A DNA stretch of 58,950 bases from Candidatus Peribacteria bacterium. GTDB taxonomy: Bacteria; Patescibacteriota; Gracilibacteria; UBA1369; UBA12463. The stretch's first letter is position 1. Every line of letters begins with the position of its first letter. The notes beneath the pieces were generated by a model that worked only from the letters and a program-made list of their open reading frames with translations, did not search any database and was not told the origin of the DNA. Of the stretch, positions 19,903-30,396 are shown piece after piece. Where the stretch lies: positions 1-58,950 of the forward strand of contig CALQZC010000001.1 in NCBI GenBank assembly GCA_943349045.1. The letters are read 5' to 3'. The translations under genes were made by a program, and so were the position numbers.

Positions 19903-20481
19903 TTAAAGTGAGTGAACGAGAATCCAGCCATTAAAGAAAAGTATAAACATCACCCACCAGAAATATGGTACGAGAAGGAGCGCTGCTGGTTTTGACCGAC
20001 GCCACGCAAGCATAATAATCGCGAGCATGAGCGCCATAAGGGCAATACCATCAACAAAAGAAACTTCAACCAGGTGGAGTCCAAAGAAAAACATGTTCCA
20101 CATAATGTGAAGCATCCCTGCAAGAATAAAGAGCCACATCATGAAAATTCTTCCGGGCTTTGGAATATTCCAAAGCATGACAATAGAGGCAGTGACAAGG
20201 GCGAAAACGCCAGTCAAGCCAAACTCAAAAAACCAATCAGTCGCCTCAACCTCTGGCTGGGGAAGTGACCAATACCAATCGCTAATATCAACAAAAAGGG
20301 TGTGAATAATAGAGATCGAAACCACGCAAAAACCAACCACAAGAATGGATGAGGGGGAAATAGTATTGAGCCAAGTCGTGAAACGCGAATGAAGCGTCGG
20401 CTTCTTTGCCCGAGAAGTACGACGAGCCGGTGCGCGTTTCGAAGAAGTACGAGACTTCGGCGTAGCCTTTTTTGAAGGCAT
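19903..20481 (-). CDS. TspO/MBR-like tryptophan-rich membrane protein with basic N-terminal tail
   Basis: LHIMWNMFFFGLH and LLLVPYFWWVMFILFFN resemble conserved TspO segments. I chose the start MPSKKATPK at 20481 to avoid overlap with the upstream gene. Confidence 0.5.
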   Translation of the reverse strand: MPSKKATPKSRTSSKRAPARRTSRAKKPTLHSRFTTWLNTISPSSILVVGFCVVSISIIHTLFVDISDWYWSLPQPEVEATDWFFEFGLTGVFALVTASIVMLWNIPKPGRIFMMWLFILAGMLHIMWNMFFFGLHLVEVSFVDGIALMALMLAIIMLAWRRSKPAALLLVPYFWWVMFILFFNGWILVHSL

Positions 20482-20509
20482 AGACAATGTGAGTAATGTA
20501 AGTGAGGAG

Positions 20510-21637
20510 TTACGTGAGCATTGTATCACAAAGAACGGTATGGAGAAAAGAAAACACTACTGCAGGACGGTCAATCATGAAAAAATATCCTGGATGCACG
20601 AGAACGCCGTGCTTTCGGAGAAGATCAATCGTATACACATCCTCATCTCGATCACCAATAAATTTCACTCCATAAAATCCTCCATCGGGTACGATACTAT
20701 AAAGATTCCAAGAACATTCCCAACGTCGTCGCAACTCTTTTTTATACTCCATGAGAAATTCCTGGCCGCGCTGGAATATCATCGGTACCGCAAACTGGGC
20801 CTGCTCGCTCGTCGCGAGAAAGGTATCCGCGATCGTCTCCAGCGCGGCCACCCCCTTCTCCACGAGATCACTCCGCCCCTCAAGACGAATCCAACCAATC
20901 TTCATTCCAGGCAACGCAAACATTTTTGAAAACCCATTCACGGTACATACCAGCGGGCAGTCAGCGAATCCAGTTCGCTGTGGCAAGACGTAATCAGCGC
21001 CCCAAGCGCCCCCAAACACGAATTCATAAAACACCTCATCAATGATCATGGGTAACCCTTTTTCTCTGGCAATAGCAGCGAGTCCTCGAACCTCTTCGCG
21101 AGACGCGACGTGTCCCGTCGGATTGTGAGGAGAAATAAGTACCACCGCCCGCGTCTTCGAGGTCACCGCGGCCGACACTGACGCAAGATCAATGCCCCAT
21201 GCCCCATCCACCACCCGCAAATCATAGTAGGTCAGCGTGGCGTGACACAGCTTCGCAATGTAATCAAATAAAGGATAGCACGGTCGCGGAACAAGAATCT
21301 CGTCACCCGGATCAGCGAACAACGAAAAAAGATACCAGTATGATTGGCTCGTCCCTGGAGTCATGACGATCTGCTCTGGATTACCGCCGCCGTAATACTC
21401 AGCAACCGCCTTCCGCGCAACCAGTTGACCCTTGGAAATCGGCGCATACGAGCGACTCGCCACAAGCCCAGCATCGAGCGCATCCTTTAACACATTATCC
21501 GGGAAAAACAATCCCGCGTCATGAACACTCCCACTCGCGGCATCGTAAATAGCGCCACCCTCAGCCAATCTCTCAATCTTAGCCCGCGCAAGCGGATTGA
21601 ACGAGCCGATAAAATCATCAATGAGTCGAGAAAACAT
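20510..21637 (-). CDS. class I/II pyridoxal-phosphate-dependent aminotransferase
   Basis: 375 aa. The PLP-lysine motif NGFSKMFALPGMKIGW is present. Substrate cannot be assigned from the sequence alone. Confidence 0.8.
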   Translation of the reverse strand: MFSRLIDDFIGSFNPLARAKIERLAEGGAIYDAASGSVHDAGLFFPDNVLKDALDAGLVASRSYAPISKGQLVARKAVAEYYGGGNPEQIVMTPGTSQSYWYLFSLFADPGDEILVPRPCYPLFDYIAKLCHATLTYYDLRVVDGAWGIDLASVSAAVTSKTRAVVLISPHNPTGHVASREEVRGLAAIAREKGLPMIIDEVFYEFVFGGAWGADYVLPQRTGFADCPLVCTVNGFSKMFALPGMKIGWIRLEGRSDLVEKGVAALETIADTFLATSEQAQFAVPMIFQRGQEFLMEYKKELRRRWECSWNLYSIVPDGGFYGVKFIGDRDEDVYTIDLLRKHGVLVHPGYFFMIDRPAVVFSFLHTVLCDTMLT

Positions 21638-21678
21638 AGTAACGATTCAGCGGTAATAATGGTAGACTCTATAGTACC

Positions 21679-23616
21679 ATGATGTCCAAAAAAACACGAC
21701 TCATCTCGGCACTTCTCACCCTCTCGATCTGTGCATCGACCATTCCGGCAGCACTCGCACAAAGTGTCGGATTTGACGAATATCAAATTCCCGAGCTCGC
21801 ACTTGAGCAACTCGAAACCCCAGCCGAACCAGCAAAAGTAAAAACTATTCCAGAAAATCCAATCGGGATTACGACATTCGACTCAATACTCCTGGACACT
21901 CCAATTCCAAACATCCTCTATAGGGACGAAACGTACCTCATCTCCGGAAAAGTCACAAACAATCCGAAAAATGAGAAAGCCCTCTTTGCCTTTCTCAGTT
22001 ACACCGACATCAATAATAAGGAGCAGTTTCTCAACTTCGAGTCGCCAATTACCAACAATACCTTTTCAATTCCCATTCGTCTCGAACTAGCCGGTAACTA
22101 TCAACTCGGCATCATTCTTGGCAACGGTGGAAAAAGCAAGATTCGAGAAATTGCGGTGGTAGAGACATCAAGTCTCGGACAGGGAAAAGCAAGAGCCGCC
22201 ACGATCAGAAACCGCATCGTCTTGGATTACCAAGACACAACCGACACCACGACCCTACAGTGGAAAAGAGTTGTAAACAGCGCGCACCGTATAACCTTTC
22301 AGCAAAAAAACAAAAAAGTAACGTACATCACGCGTCAACCCATCTCAACACTGCCACTTCGATACACCGATTTCAGAAGTTTCAAACCCGACGACGTCAC
22401 CATCACCATCGCCGCACGACCGCTTACGAGCAGCTCCACAACTCCCTGGAGAAACGTAATCACCAAAAAAACAAAGATCACCTATCACGGATTCAGAAAT
22501 ATCGAGACCGATGTTGTGACGCTCAAAGAGCAGCCAGCCGCGATACAAAGCAGCGAATCCTCCATTGTAATTCAGGGAACCGCGAATCAGCCGCTCGACG
22601 CCGATGCCTACATCACCCTCCCTTCAGGAGTGACTGAAAAAATTACCCTCCAGGATAAGGATCCAATTCCGACAGGCACGCCATTCACATTCAACTACGC
22701 CACGAAAGAAACGGGTCGATACATCGTAGAAATCAATCAAACAACCGGTGCAGCGGCAATCAATATGCCTATCTATATCGCCACTGGAGTACCGCTCATT
22801 CCCGACTATCAAGATCTCATCAATACCCTCACTATACAAGAACGGGCTGTTCAGCTCGAAAAGGATCGAGAAAAAATGCTCACCATGATCAATGCCATCC
22901 GAAGCGCGCTTGGCCTCTCAACGATTGCCCTCAACGCCCAACTCTCCACGCTCGCCCAACAGCACAGTGACGACATGGTCGCAAGAAACTTCTTCGGACA
23001 CGTAAATCTCGAAGGAAAAAGTCCGGAAGACCGACGAAAAAAAGCACAGTATCCGACAGAAGTTGGTGAAAATCTTGCGAACTCCTCGACCCTCAGCTCA
23101 GCAATGCAAGGACTGCTGCGAAGCCCCATTCACCGCGCCAATATCCTGACACCACACTGGACTCAAGTAGGCATCGGCATCGCACAATCAAGTGACGGAA
23201 GCCTAAAGGTCACGCAAGAGTTTTCAGGAGAAGCAATCACCGCAGAAAAACTCGATACCCTCAGACAACAGCTCCTTTCGGGTATCAATACCGAGAGGAA
23301 CAAAACCTCGATAAACGCCATTACAGAAGATCAGGAGCTGACAAGCGTCGCGACACATTGGAGTAAAAAGCTGGCCGCAACCGACGAATTTGGATTTACA
23401 ACAGCCGACGGCCAGAATCTGACGAACACGGTTCGTGCAGCCAACATAAAAAGCAGCATTCAAATGTTTGTTTTTTCTTCCAACACCACGAAAGATCTCA
23501 TCGAAAGAGTTGCAAAACCATCCAATTCAATCGAGAGCCAGTGGACGAAAATTGGCATCGGCTTGGCAATCACGACGCTCGGCGAAATTAAAATCACGAC
23601 GCTCTTGAGTAAGTAG
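21679..23616 (+). CDS. secreted protein with two C-terminal CAP/SCP domains
   Basis: Signal peptide. LAQQHSDDMVARNFFGHVNLEGKSPEDR...GENLA...HRANIL...WTQVGIGIA matches the CAP domain pattern, and a second degenerate copy follows. Confidence 0.7.
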   Translation: MMSKKTRLISALLTLSICASTIPAALAQSVGFDEYQIPELALEQLETPAEPAKVKTIPENPIGITTFDSILLDTPIPNILYRDETYLISGKVTNNPKNEKALFAFLSYTDINNKEQFLNFESPITNNTFSIPIRLELAGNYQLGIILGNGGKSKIREIAVVETSSLGQGKARAATIRNRIVLDYQDTTDTTTLQWKRVVNSAHRITFQQKNKKVTYITRQPISTLPLRYTDFRSFKPDDVTITIAARPLTSSSTTPWRNVITKKTKITYHGFRNIETDVVTLKEQPAAIQSSESSIVIQGTANQPLDADAYITLPSGVTEKITLQDKDPIPTGTPFTFNYATKETGRYIVEINQTTGAAAINMPIYIATGVPLIPDYQDLINTLTIQERAVQLEKDREKMLTMINAIRSALGLSTIALNAQLSTLAQQHSDDMVARNFFGHVNLEGKSPEDRRKKAQYPTEVGENLANSSTLSSAMQGLLRSPIHRANILTPHWTQVGIGIAQSSDGSLKVTQEFSGEAITAEKLDTLRQQLLSGINTERNKTSINAITEDQELTSVATHWSKKLAATDEFGFTTADGQNLTNTVRAANIKSSIQMFVFSSNTTKDLIERVAKPSNSIESQWTKIGIGLAITTLGEIKITTLLSK

Positions 23617-23661
23617 GCCTGTTACGAGTAAAATATCCGGGCACATCCCCTCCCCTCCCTC

Positions 23662-25059
23662 ATGAATTTTCAGCTCCGCCTCTTCACACCAAAAAAAACC
23701 ATCGCCCTCAGTGCACTTGTGGCTTTTTTGATGATTATGATGGCGTATAGCATTATCAAAGGTATCAGTTTCAAGAATGTGATTTTCTTCCTCGGGGAAG
23801 ATCTCCAGGAAGACAGCTACGGGCATACGAACATTTTGCTTCTTGGTACCGGAGGCGAGGGCCACGACGCCCCAGATCTCACCGACACACTCATGATCGC
23901 GAGCATTGATCAAACCAATAACAAGGTAAGTCTTCTATCCATTCCAAGAGACTTCTATATCACGGATTCAAAGGTTGGCGGCACACGCATCAATAATCTG
24001 TACCACCTTGGGAAAAATGACCTTGGAGACAAAGATATCGGCATCCGCATGCTGAAAGATCACATTGAAAAAATTACCAATCTTCCCATTCACTACTCCA
24101 TGAAAGTCGACTTCAAAGGCTTCGAAAAAGTCGTCGATATTCTCGATGGTATCGATGTTCAGATTCCTGAGGCAATCTATGATCCGCAATACCCGCGAGG
24201 TGAGGACATTGGATATGAGATATTTTCACTGGCAGCCGGTCTCCAGCATCTTGATGGTAAAACAGCACTCAAATATGCGCGCAGTCGAAAAACAACTTCC
24301 GACTTCGACCGCTCAAAACGTCAGCAGCTTCTCATATTTGCATTAAAAGAAAAGGCTGAAAAAGAGGGACTTCTGACAGATACTGGTGCGCTGCAGGATC
24401 TGTACGGCACCGTCAAGGACTACGTAGAAACCGACCTGACGCTTCGCGAGATGATTACTCTGGGGAAAATTGGCTCACAGATCAAACGGGAAAATATCCT
24501 CGCGCATAGTATCCACGACGACCCTACCCAGTGTGGAGGTCTCCTCTATACACCAGCTCGTGATCTGTATGGCGGCGCCTCGGTACTCGTTCCAGCGACC
24601 AAAGACAATAAAGACATTCATATGTACACTGAACTCAACCTCAATCATCCTGAGATTCGTCAAAGTGGCATGAAGCTTCAAATTTTAAACGGAACCAAAA
24701 GTGTCGGACTTGCCGCCGAGACAAAAATTCTCCTCAATCGTCTCTGTATGAACATTGTCCGTTTCGGCAATGGACAGAGTAAGGACATCACCACAACGAT
24801 GTACTATCTCAAACACGACGTTCCTGCATCCGTCACCGAAGCACTTCAAAAGCTCATACCGGGAACAACATCGATGGTTATCCCCCCGAAGTACCTCGAA
24901 CCGCAATATGCGAGCGAGGCAGATATTATCATCGAAATCGGCCAAGATTACCTTCCGCGAAAGATGGTTGATCCATATGACTTCATTATTTCACTGACTC
25001 CAACAGCACCGGTGCTCTCGGGAGAAGCAACACCAGCGGTAACTCCAAAAAAACCATAA
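23662..25059 (+). CDS. LytR-CpsA-Psr (LCP) family cell-envelope phosphotransferase
   Basis: TM anchor followed by TNILLLGTGGEGHDAPDLTDTLMIASID...LLSIPRDFY, the canonical LCP core. Confidence 0.85.
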   Translation: MNFQLRLFTPKKTIALSALVAFLMIMMAYSIIKGISFKNVIFFLGEDLQEDSYGHTNILLLGTGGEGHDAPDLTDTLMIASIDQTNNKVSLLSIPRDFYITDSKVGGTRINNLYHLGKNDLGDKDIGIRMLKDHIEKITNLPIHYSMKVDFKGFEKVVDILDGIDVQIPEAIYDPQYPRGEDIGYEIFSLAAGLQHLDGKTALKYARSRKTTSDFDRSKRQQLLIFALKEKAEKEGLLTDTGALQDLYGTVKDYVETDLTLREMITLGKIGSQIKRENILAHSIHDDPTQCGGLLYTPARDLYGGASVLVPATKDNKDIHMYTELNLNHPEIRQSGMKLQILNGTKSVGLAAETKILLNRLCMNIVRFGNGQSKDITTTMYYLKHDVPASVTEALQKLIPGTTSMVIPPKYLEPQYASEADIIIEIGQDYLPRKMVDPYDFIISLTPTAPVLSGEATPAVTPKKP

Positions 25060-25063
25060 ATAT

Positions 25064-25795
25064 ATGCCACTCCGACTTCAAAAATACCTTTCCGATTGCG
25101 GTGTCTGCTCACGAAGAAAAGCGGAAGAGCTCATTCTGGAAGGAAAGATTCTCGTGAATGGCGAGCCCTGCATCATACTCGGTACAAAAATCGACCCGAC
25201 GAAAGATAAGGTCACCTACAACGGAAAAACAGTGAAACCCCGGGCAAAACACAGCTATATGATGCTCAATAAACCAGCGGGCGTCACCTGCACCCTCTCC
25301 GACTATCACGCCGAGCAAACTCTCGGCAGCATTCTTCCAAATATTCCACACCTCTATCCCGTTGGTCGCCTCGATAAAGACAGCGAAGGCTTACTGCTGC
25401 TCACAACCGACGGGGCATTTGCGCAAAAAATCATGCACCCAAGTTTCAAATGTGAAAAAGAGTATCTCGTCATCTGTATAGGCGATGTCACCGAAAAAAA
25501 CATCGAGCTGATGAAAAAAGGATATATGCTCATGGATGAAGATACTGGAAAAGAAAAAATGGCGCGTATCGTCGCTGCAACCATCACCAAAAAAGAACAC
25601 GGAAGAACCTATCTCGCCATCACGCTGGCAGAAGGTCAAAAACGACAAATACGAAGAATGTTTAAAAAATTCAATTTTACGGTACAATACCTTAAAAGAA
25701 TTAGGATCGGAAACGCTGAGCTCGGGAAACTTCCGAAAGGCGAATGGCGAAATCTCACAGCGAAAGAAATCTCCTCTCTCACACCATCATCATGA
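25064..25795 (+). CDS. RsuA/RluB-family pseudouridine synthase
   Basis: S4 domain (RLQKYLSDCGVCSRRKAEELI) and catalytic GRLDKDSEGLLLLTTDG. Confidence 0.9.
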   Translation: MPLRLQKYLSDCGVCSRRKAEELILEGKILVNGEPCIILGTKIDPTKDKVTYNGKTVKPRAKHSYMMLNKPAGVTCTLSDYHAEQTLGSILPNIPHLYPVGRLDKDSEGLLLLTTDGAFAQKIMHPSFKCEKEYLVICIGDVTEKNIELMKKGYMLMDEDTGKEKMARIVAATITKKEHGRTYLAITLAEGQKRQIRRMFKKFNFTVQYLKRIRIGNAELGKLPKGEWRNLTAKEISSLTPSS

Positions 25796-26679
25796 TTAGC
25801 GGCCTCATCTCCCTCTACGTCGCATCGCTCATAAAAACTATGCCTTATGTGAAAACAGAGGTACCAACACCCGTACCATTTCATCAAGTTCTCTCCGCCG
25901 CTCCCCTCCCTGAAGAAAAAAAAGAGGTCGCCGCAAAAAGTTCCCCAGGAATTCAGGCGAGTTCCTATATAGCTATGGATCTCCGAAGTGGAAAAATTCT
26001 CACCAGCAAAAATATAAAATCGCGTCGATCGATCGCCAGCATCACGAAGCTCATGACCGCGCTCATCATCCTCGATGAACATGATCTAAACGATATTGTA
26101 AAAGTTTCTGCAAACGGTATCAACATCGAAGGATCAAGAATATGGCTTGCGCAGGGTGAAAAAATAACCATCCGCGATTTGCTCTATGGACTCTTGATTC
26201 ACTCGGGAAACGACGCTGCCTACACCCTCGCCATTCATAACGCGGGCACAATCGAAAAGTTCATTACAAAAATGAACGAAAAAGCAGGAAAACTTGGACT
26301 CACCGCCACGCACTTCGGCAATCCGGCAGGCCTCGACCGCGCGGATAACTACTCAACCGCGGAAGACATCGCCCTTCTCGGATCGTACGCATACCGCAAC
26401 AGTTTTATCCGTCATGCCGTCAGTATTCCGAAAATTACCGTTATGTCTGTAAATGGTCAGTTCAAGCATGAGCTCAAAAGTACCAACACCCTCCTCGAGA
26501 AAGACTCACGCTTCCGTGGACTAAAGACCGGCCACACCGCAGAAGCTGGCTACTCCTTTGTCGGCGTCGCAACACTTCCAAATAATGCCCCAATACTCAC
26601 GGTCGTCCTCGATAGTCCCGATCGATTCAAAGAGTCAATTGCCCTTCTGGACTGGACCAGAGAAAATTTTACATGGTAG
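25792..26679 (+). CDS. D-alanyl-D-alanine carboxypeptidase (S11, PBP5-like)
   Basis: SxxK (SITK), SGN (HSGND) and KTG (KTGHT) motifs are present. The ATG at 25792 overlaps the upstream TGA (ATGA coupling). The track start is 25744. Confidence 0.85.
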   Translation: MISGLISLYVASLIKTMPYVKTEVPTPVPFHQVLSAAPLPEEKKEVAAKSSPGIQASSYIAMDLRSGKILTSKNIKSRRSIASITKLMTALIILDEHDLNDIVKVSANGINIEGSRIWLAQGEKITIRDLLYGLLIHSGNDAAYTLAIHNAGTIEKFITKMNEKAGKLGLTATHFGNPAGLDRADNYSTAEDIALLGSYAYRNSFIRHAVSIPKITVMSVNGQFKHELKSTNTLLEKDSRFRGLKTGHTAEAGYSFVGVATLPNNAPILTVVLDSPDRFKESIALLDWTRENFTW

Positions 26680-26762
26680 AATTTTTTGCATAGCAAAAAA
26701 TTGCTCCCGTTCCCGTATTCCGCATCATTCCCCTCTCATCTTAATCCTCTTCTATCCCCCCT

Positions 26763-27821
26763 ATGAACGAACTCTCTCTCTTCTCCGGACCACTTCGACA
26801 AATAACCCTTATCATTGGTTCAGAAATATTTGCCTTCATCCTTGCCTTGCTCTTGGCACCAACGTTCATTCGTTTTCTTAATTATCACAAACTCGGTAAG
26901 CAGCTCCGTATCACCGCAACCACCGGAGAAAAAGCAACGATCTTCAATGAACTTCACGCAAAAAAAGCTGGAACACCAACCATGGGAGGCGTCCTCATTT
27001 GGGGCACCGTTCTCCTGACACTCCTCTTCTCACGCGTTCTCTCATTCTTTGGCGTGATCGATCACTCTCTCATTAATCGTAATGAAACCTGGCTGCCAAT
27101 TTTCACGCTCGTGACTGCGGGCATCCTTGGACTCTTTGATGACTACATCAACATCAAGGGCCAGGCCAAAGGCCTGGCCGCCAAGCCAAAAATGTTCTGG
27201 CTCCTCTTATTTGCAGCCATGGGCGCCTGGTGGTTCTACTACAAACTCGGAGTCAACTCGATCCATATTCCTGGATTCGGAGACTATGCGATCGGCATCT
27301 GGTATATCCCCCTCTTTATTTTTGTCATCTCCGGAACCGCCAACGCCGTAAACTTCACCGACGGACTCGACGGACTCGCTGGCGGACTCCTCATTATTGC
27401 CTTCGGAAGCTTCGGCGTCATCGCCTTCGTCCAGGGACTCTTCATTCTCTCGGCCTTCTGTGCCATTATCGTTGGAGCCCTCCTCGCCTTTCTCTGGTAC
27501 AACATCATGCCCGCCAAATTCTACATGGGTGACACCGGCGCCCTCGCCCTCGGCGCCACGCTTGGCGTGATCGCCATGATGACCGACTCTGCCATCGCCC
27601 TGATCATGATCGGCTTCGTCTTCGTCATCGAGACCTTCTCCGTCATCATCCAGCTCACCTCCAAAAAACTCTTCGGCCGCAAAGTCTTCCTCATCGCCCC
27701 CATCCACCACCACTTCGAAAAACTCGGCTGGAACGAAGCCACCGTCGTCATGCGCTTCTGGATCCTCGGCGGCATGTTCGCCGCCATCGGACTGATTCTC
27801 CGACTCACGGGCCGGTTCTAA
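26763..27821 (+). CDS. mraY: phospho-N-acetylmuramoyl-pentapeptide transferase
   Basis: NAVNFTDGLDGLAGG and YMGDTGALALG motifs, about 10 TM helices. Confidence 0.95.
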   Translation: MNELSLFSGPLRQITLIIGSEIFAFILALLLAPTFIRFLNYHKLGKQLRITATTGEKATIFNELHAKKAGTPTMGGVLIWGTVLLTLLFSRVLSFFGVIDHSLINRNETWLPIFTLVTAGILGLFDDYINIKGQAKGLAAKPKMFWLLLFAAMGAWWFYYKLGVNSIHIPGFGDYAIGIWYIPLFIFVISGTANAVNFTDGLDGLAGGLLIIAFGSFGVIAFVQGLFILSAFCAIIVGALLAFLWYNIMPAKFYMGDTGALALGATLGVIAMMTDSAIALIMIGFVFVIETFSVIIQLTSKKLFGRKVFLIAPIHHHFEKLGWNEATVVMRFWILGGMFAAIGLILRLTGRF

Positions 27822-27899
27822 AACTGGTCGCCTGTGGCGGCAGATTCTAAAATTTATACCCTGTGGGTGCCGGTTCTAAAACCTGGATCCAGCTTCGAA
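27813..27899. repeat. three imperfect tandem units with 29-bp period overlapping the mraY stop codon
   Basis: CCGGTTCTAAAAC occurs at 27813 and 27871, and CAGATTCTAAAAT at 27842. Units 1 and 2 also share CCTGTGG. Hand alignment of unit 1 against unit 2 gives 19/29. Confidence 0.6.
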
Positions 27900-27902
27900 A
27901 TA

Positions 27903-27931
27903 TTGACAAAAATTAATTATAGCTGTATAAT
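27903..27931 (+). promoter_or_regulatory. consensus sigma70-type promoter
   Basis: TTGACA (27903..27908), 17-bp spacer, TATAAT (27926..27931), 27 nt before the ATG at 27959. Confidence 0.65.
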
Positions 27932-27958
27932 TAAAAAGTATTCATTCACCACTCATAT

Positions 27959-28147
27959 ATGACTCCAGATCAACAAGGACAGCTTCCTGAAAATATGTCA
28001 CTCGAGGAAAAGGGTGCACATATAGAAAAATGGGCAACCGCCATACGCACCTACCTAACAGACACGCGCCTGATGCAAATTGATTTCGAAAAAGTTAAAG
28101 AAAACATAGCGGCACTCAAGACATATGGGGGCTGGCTTTCCTCATGA
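27959..28147 (+). CDS. small hypothetical protein (62 aa)
   Basis: It lies directly downstream of a perfect consensus promoter and overlaps the next small ORF by 23 nt in another frame. It may be half of a frameshifted gene. Confidence 0.4.
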   Translation: MTPDQQGQLPENMSLEEKGAHIEKWATAIRTYLTDTRLMQIDFEKVKENIAALKTYGGWLSS

Positions 28148-28373
28148 TCCAAGTGGGCCAAAAACATTACACGACTCAAGAGATTATAGAGAAACAGCAG
28201 AATGCACACAGGAAGCCCTGTATGACCTGGTCGTAAAACCACTTGAAACTTTTGCAGCGCTTGCAGCATCCAAAATGCCAAACGGCCCTGAATATATGGA
28301 TATGTCAGCAAATGGTATGTTTAAAGTTTTAGGCACCATTGCGCAAAAAGTGAGGAACGCGACAAATCTCTAA
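28125..28373 (+). CDS. small hypothetical protein (82 aa)
   Basis: ORF only. It overlaps the 3-prime end of ORF 27959..28147. Confidence 0.35.
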   Translation: MGAGFPHDPSGPKTLHDSRDYRETAECTQEALYDLVVKPLETFAALAASKMPNGPEYMDMSANGMFKVLGTIAQKVRNATNL

Positions 28374-28454
28374 GCGTCCTCTGAAGGAGCCGGCGACCTT
28401 CCCAGAAAAATTCTACAAACCGGTTGGGTTTGATTGCACGATGAACTAAGGAAT

Positions 28455-30350
28455 CTAATCCCGGCTCAACTGTAACTTCGGTGGAAGTTGTGGCGCCTCT
28501 TCTTCGATTGGAGCCGTGACCTCTTCGGCAATCGTCGCTGGAACACTCGTTCCGAGTCCCGTCGTCGCACGCGGAGTTTCGACCACTGGTGGTGTCACGA
28601 CGATAACCGGGACAACAACTATTGGCAACGCAACCGGCGCAGGTGTCCTGAATGCCACATACAACTTTTCAAGAGCGGCACGTTTTTCGACAAGCTCTGG
28701 AGCGACGACGACACGCTGAGACGCATAGCGAGCAAAGAGCTGATCGGCCTCTTTTACGCGATCCTGATACTTGGCAACCGCCTTGCGCGCGACCTCAGCC
28801 TCGCCGTTTACCTGGAGATCCTGAGCCTCAGCCAAAAACTGTGAGGCCTGACTCAGGGCAACAACAAGCTTTTTATCATCAGCAGCGCCAGCAAAATCTT
28901 TATCTTCGAGAGTAATTTTTAAGTCATATAAATTCGAGTCAGGCTTGGCGGCGAGAAGCTCGCTTCGAGCCGAAAGAATGACAGCGCCTGCGAGTTTTTT
29001 GGCCTCTTCAGACTTCAAGCCAGCAGCACGATCCACGACACTCTGCAAAACCTCGAAGGCCACCCGAACCTCATCAACGGTCACACCGGCTCGTTTAAAT
29101 AACTCATAAAAATTCTTTTCGGCGATACTCAGCTCAAGTCGGAATCGCTCATCTTCATTGAATGCGAGGAATAACGATGCATTCTCCTGAAGCTTACTGA
29201 GCGGTCCAGTCACAACACCCGACTTCTCTTTTTCAACTTCGCCGAGAAGCTGCTGATCACTGACAATATTCGCGGCAACCCAACGCCTGTCCTCTTCTTT
29301 AAGAGTGATAGGCTTCACGACTTGCTGCGCAACATCAGTCTTTGCAACCACCTCATATCCCTTCACGATCATCATTTCCTCAGACACACGAGTGGTACTC
29401 GTGGCACTTACGACATTATGGAACACCTGCAGCGAAGCCTCATCTTTTTCCGCAGAGACGAGAAAGGTCGCACGCTGAGAAGCAGAGGCGACGAGATCAT
29501 TTGCCTTCACGGTAAATTCAGAGTTGGTCACATAGTCCATAATATTCGACCAAACACGTCCCCGATCGAGATTCAAAGAAACGAGATGATCAAATCCAAA
29601 GTTTTCAGATCGAAGTGACTCAAACGAGACATCAGTATTTTCAAAAAATCTCGTAATGCTTTTATCAAAATAGGTGACCACCGCTTTACCATTTTCACCG
29701 GTACGAACAGCATCACCTTCTTCAAGTTCAAATCCCTTCATCGCCGCCATCTCGCGTCCATCACGAACCACGGTCACGCTTCCCTCCACGTCTTGCATCA
29801 CCGTAAGCTCACGTGCGAATGTGACCGGAACTTTCAAGGCATAGGCAAAGACCGCGAGTATAAAGACACCCGTCAGAGAGAAGCCAGCCACCGTACGCCG
29901 AAACGCCAGTGAGGAAAGAAGTTTTTCAATCAAGCTTCGTCGATCCGGCTCTGGAAGTTCATAGAGATGTTCACGAATAGTCGTCTTTTTAACTGAAGTG
30001 AGTCTGATGGCACTCGACGTCGAACGAATCCAACTAATTAAACGATCAATTAAATACGATTCAGTAGATAGTCCCGGGAGGGAGGACTCATTTTCTTCAT
30101 CGTCACCCTCCTGAAGAACAGGCTTGAGGGCTGGCTGCATAACTTCAAGTGGCAGCTCCTGCTGAACCTTCGCCATCTCGAGAGCCTCGATTCGCTCAAA
30201 CATATGCGATCGAATTCGACTCCTTTTTGGCGCCGTCAAAGCTGGCATGGCCTTTTCCCGGAGCAGCTCAGCGAACTTCTCGAGCTCCTGCTCATCCAGA
30301 CGACTCTCGCCCTGACCCTTATTGTGAAACCATTGAAAGTTCATAATCAC
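28455..30350 (-). CDS. membrane-anchored FecR-domain protein, putative anti-sigma factor
   Basis: It lies immediately downstream of the ECF sigma gene. It has a single TM helix (VAGFSLTGVFILAVFAYAL), a FecR-like segment (VTVVRDGREMAAMKGFELEEGDAVRTGENGKAVV) and a long helical C-terminal part. Confidence 0.7.
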   Translation of the reverse strand: MIMNFQWFHNKGQGESRLDEQELEKFAELLREKAMPALTAPKRSRIRSHMFERIEALEMAKVQQELPLEVMQPALKPVLQEGDDEENESSLPGLSTESYLIDRLISWIRSTSSAIRLTSVKKTTIREHLYELPEPDRRSLIEKLLSSLAFRRTVAGFSLTGVFILAVFAYALKVPVTFARELTVMQDVEGSVTVVRDGREMAAMKGFELEEGDAVRTGENGKAVVTYFDKSITRFFENTDVSFESLRSENFGFDHLVSLNLDRGRVWSNIMDYVTNSEFTVKANDLVASASQRATFLVSAEKDEASLQVFHNVVSATSTTRVSEEMMIVKGYEVVAKTDVAQQVVKPITLKEEDRRWVAANIVSDQQLLGEVEKEKSGVVTGPLSKLQENASLFLAFNEDERFRLELSIAEKNFYELFKRAGVTVDEVRVAFEVLQSVVDRAAGLKSEEAKKLAGAVILSARSELLAAKPDSNLYDLKITLEDKDFAGAADDKKLVVALSQASQFLAEAQDLQVNGEAEVARKAVAKYQDRVKEADQLFARYASQRVVVAPELVEKRAALEKLYVAFRTPAPVALPIVVVPVIVVTPPVVETPRATTGLGTSVPATIAEEVTAPIEEEAPQLPPKLQLSRD

Positions 30351-30396
30351 CTTTTATAACGAAAGAAAGCCATTTTTGTTACCAGATCGTCACCCA

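Noticed and set aside
27207-27713. 168-aa minus-strand acidic ORF
   Set aside because: It is antisense to mraY, and its Asp/Glu/Gly low-complexity reflects the hydrophobic codons of the sense strand.
27813-27899. Possible miniature CRISPR array (three repeats with 29-bp period)
   Set aside because: The conserved core is only about 13 nt with about 16-nt spacers. The units are imperfect, the first unit is the end of mraY, and no cas genes are present. I treat it as a short tandem duplication.
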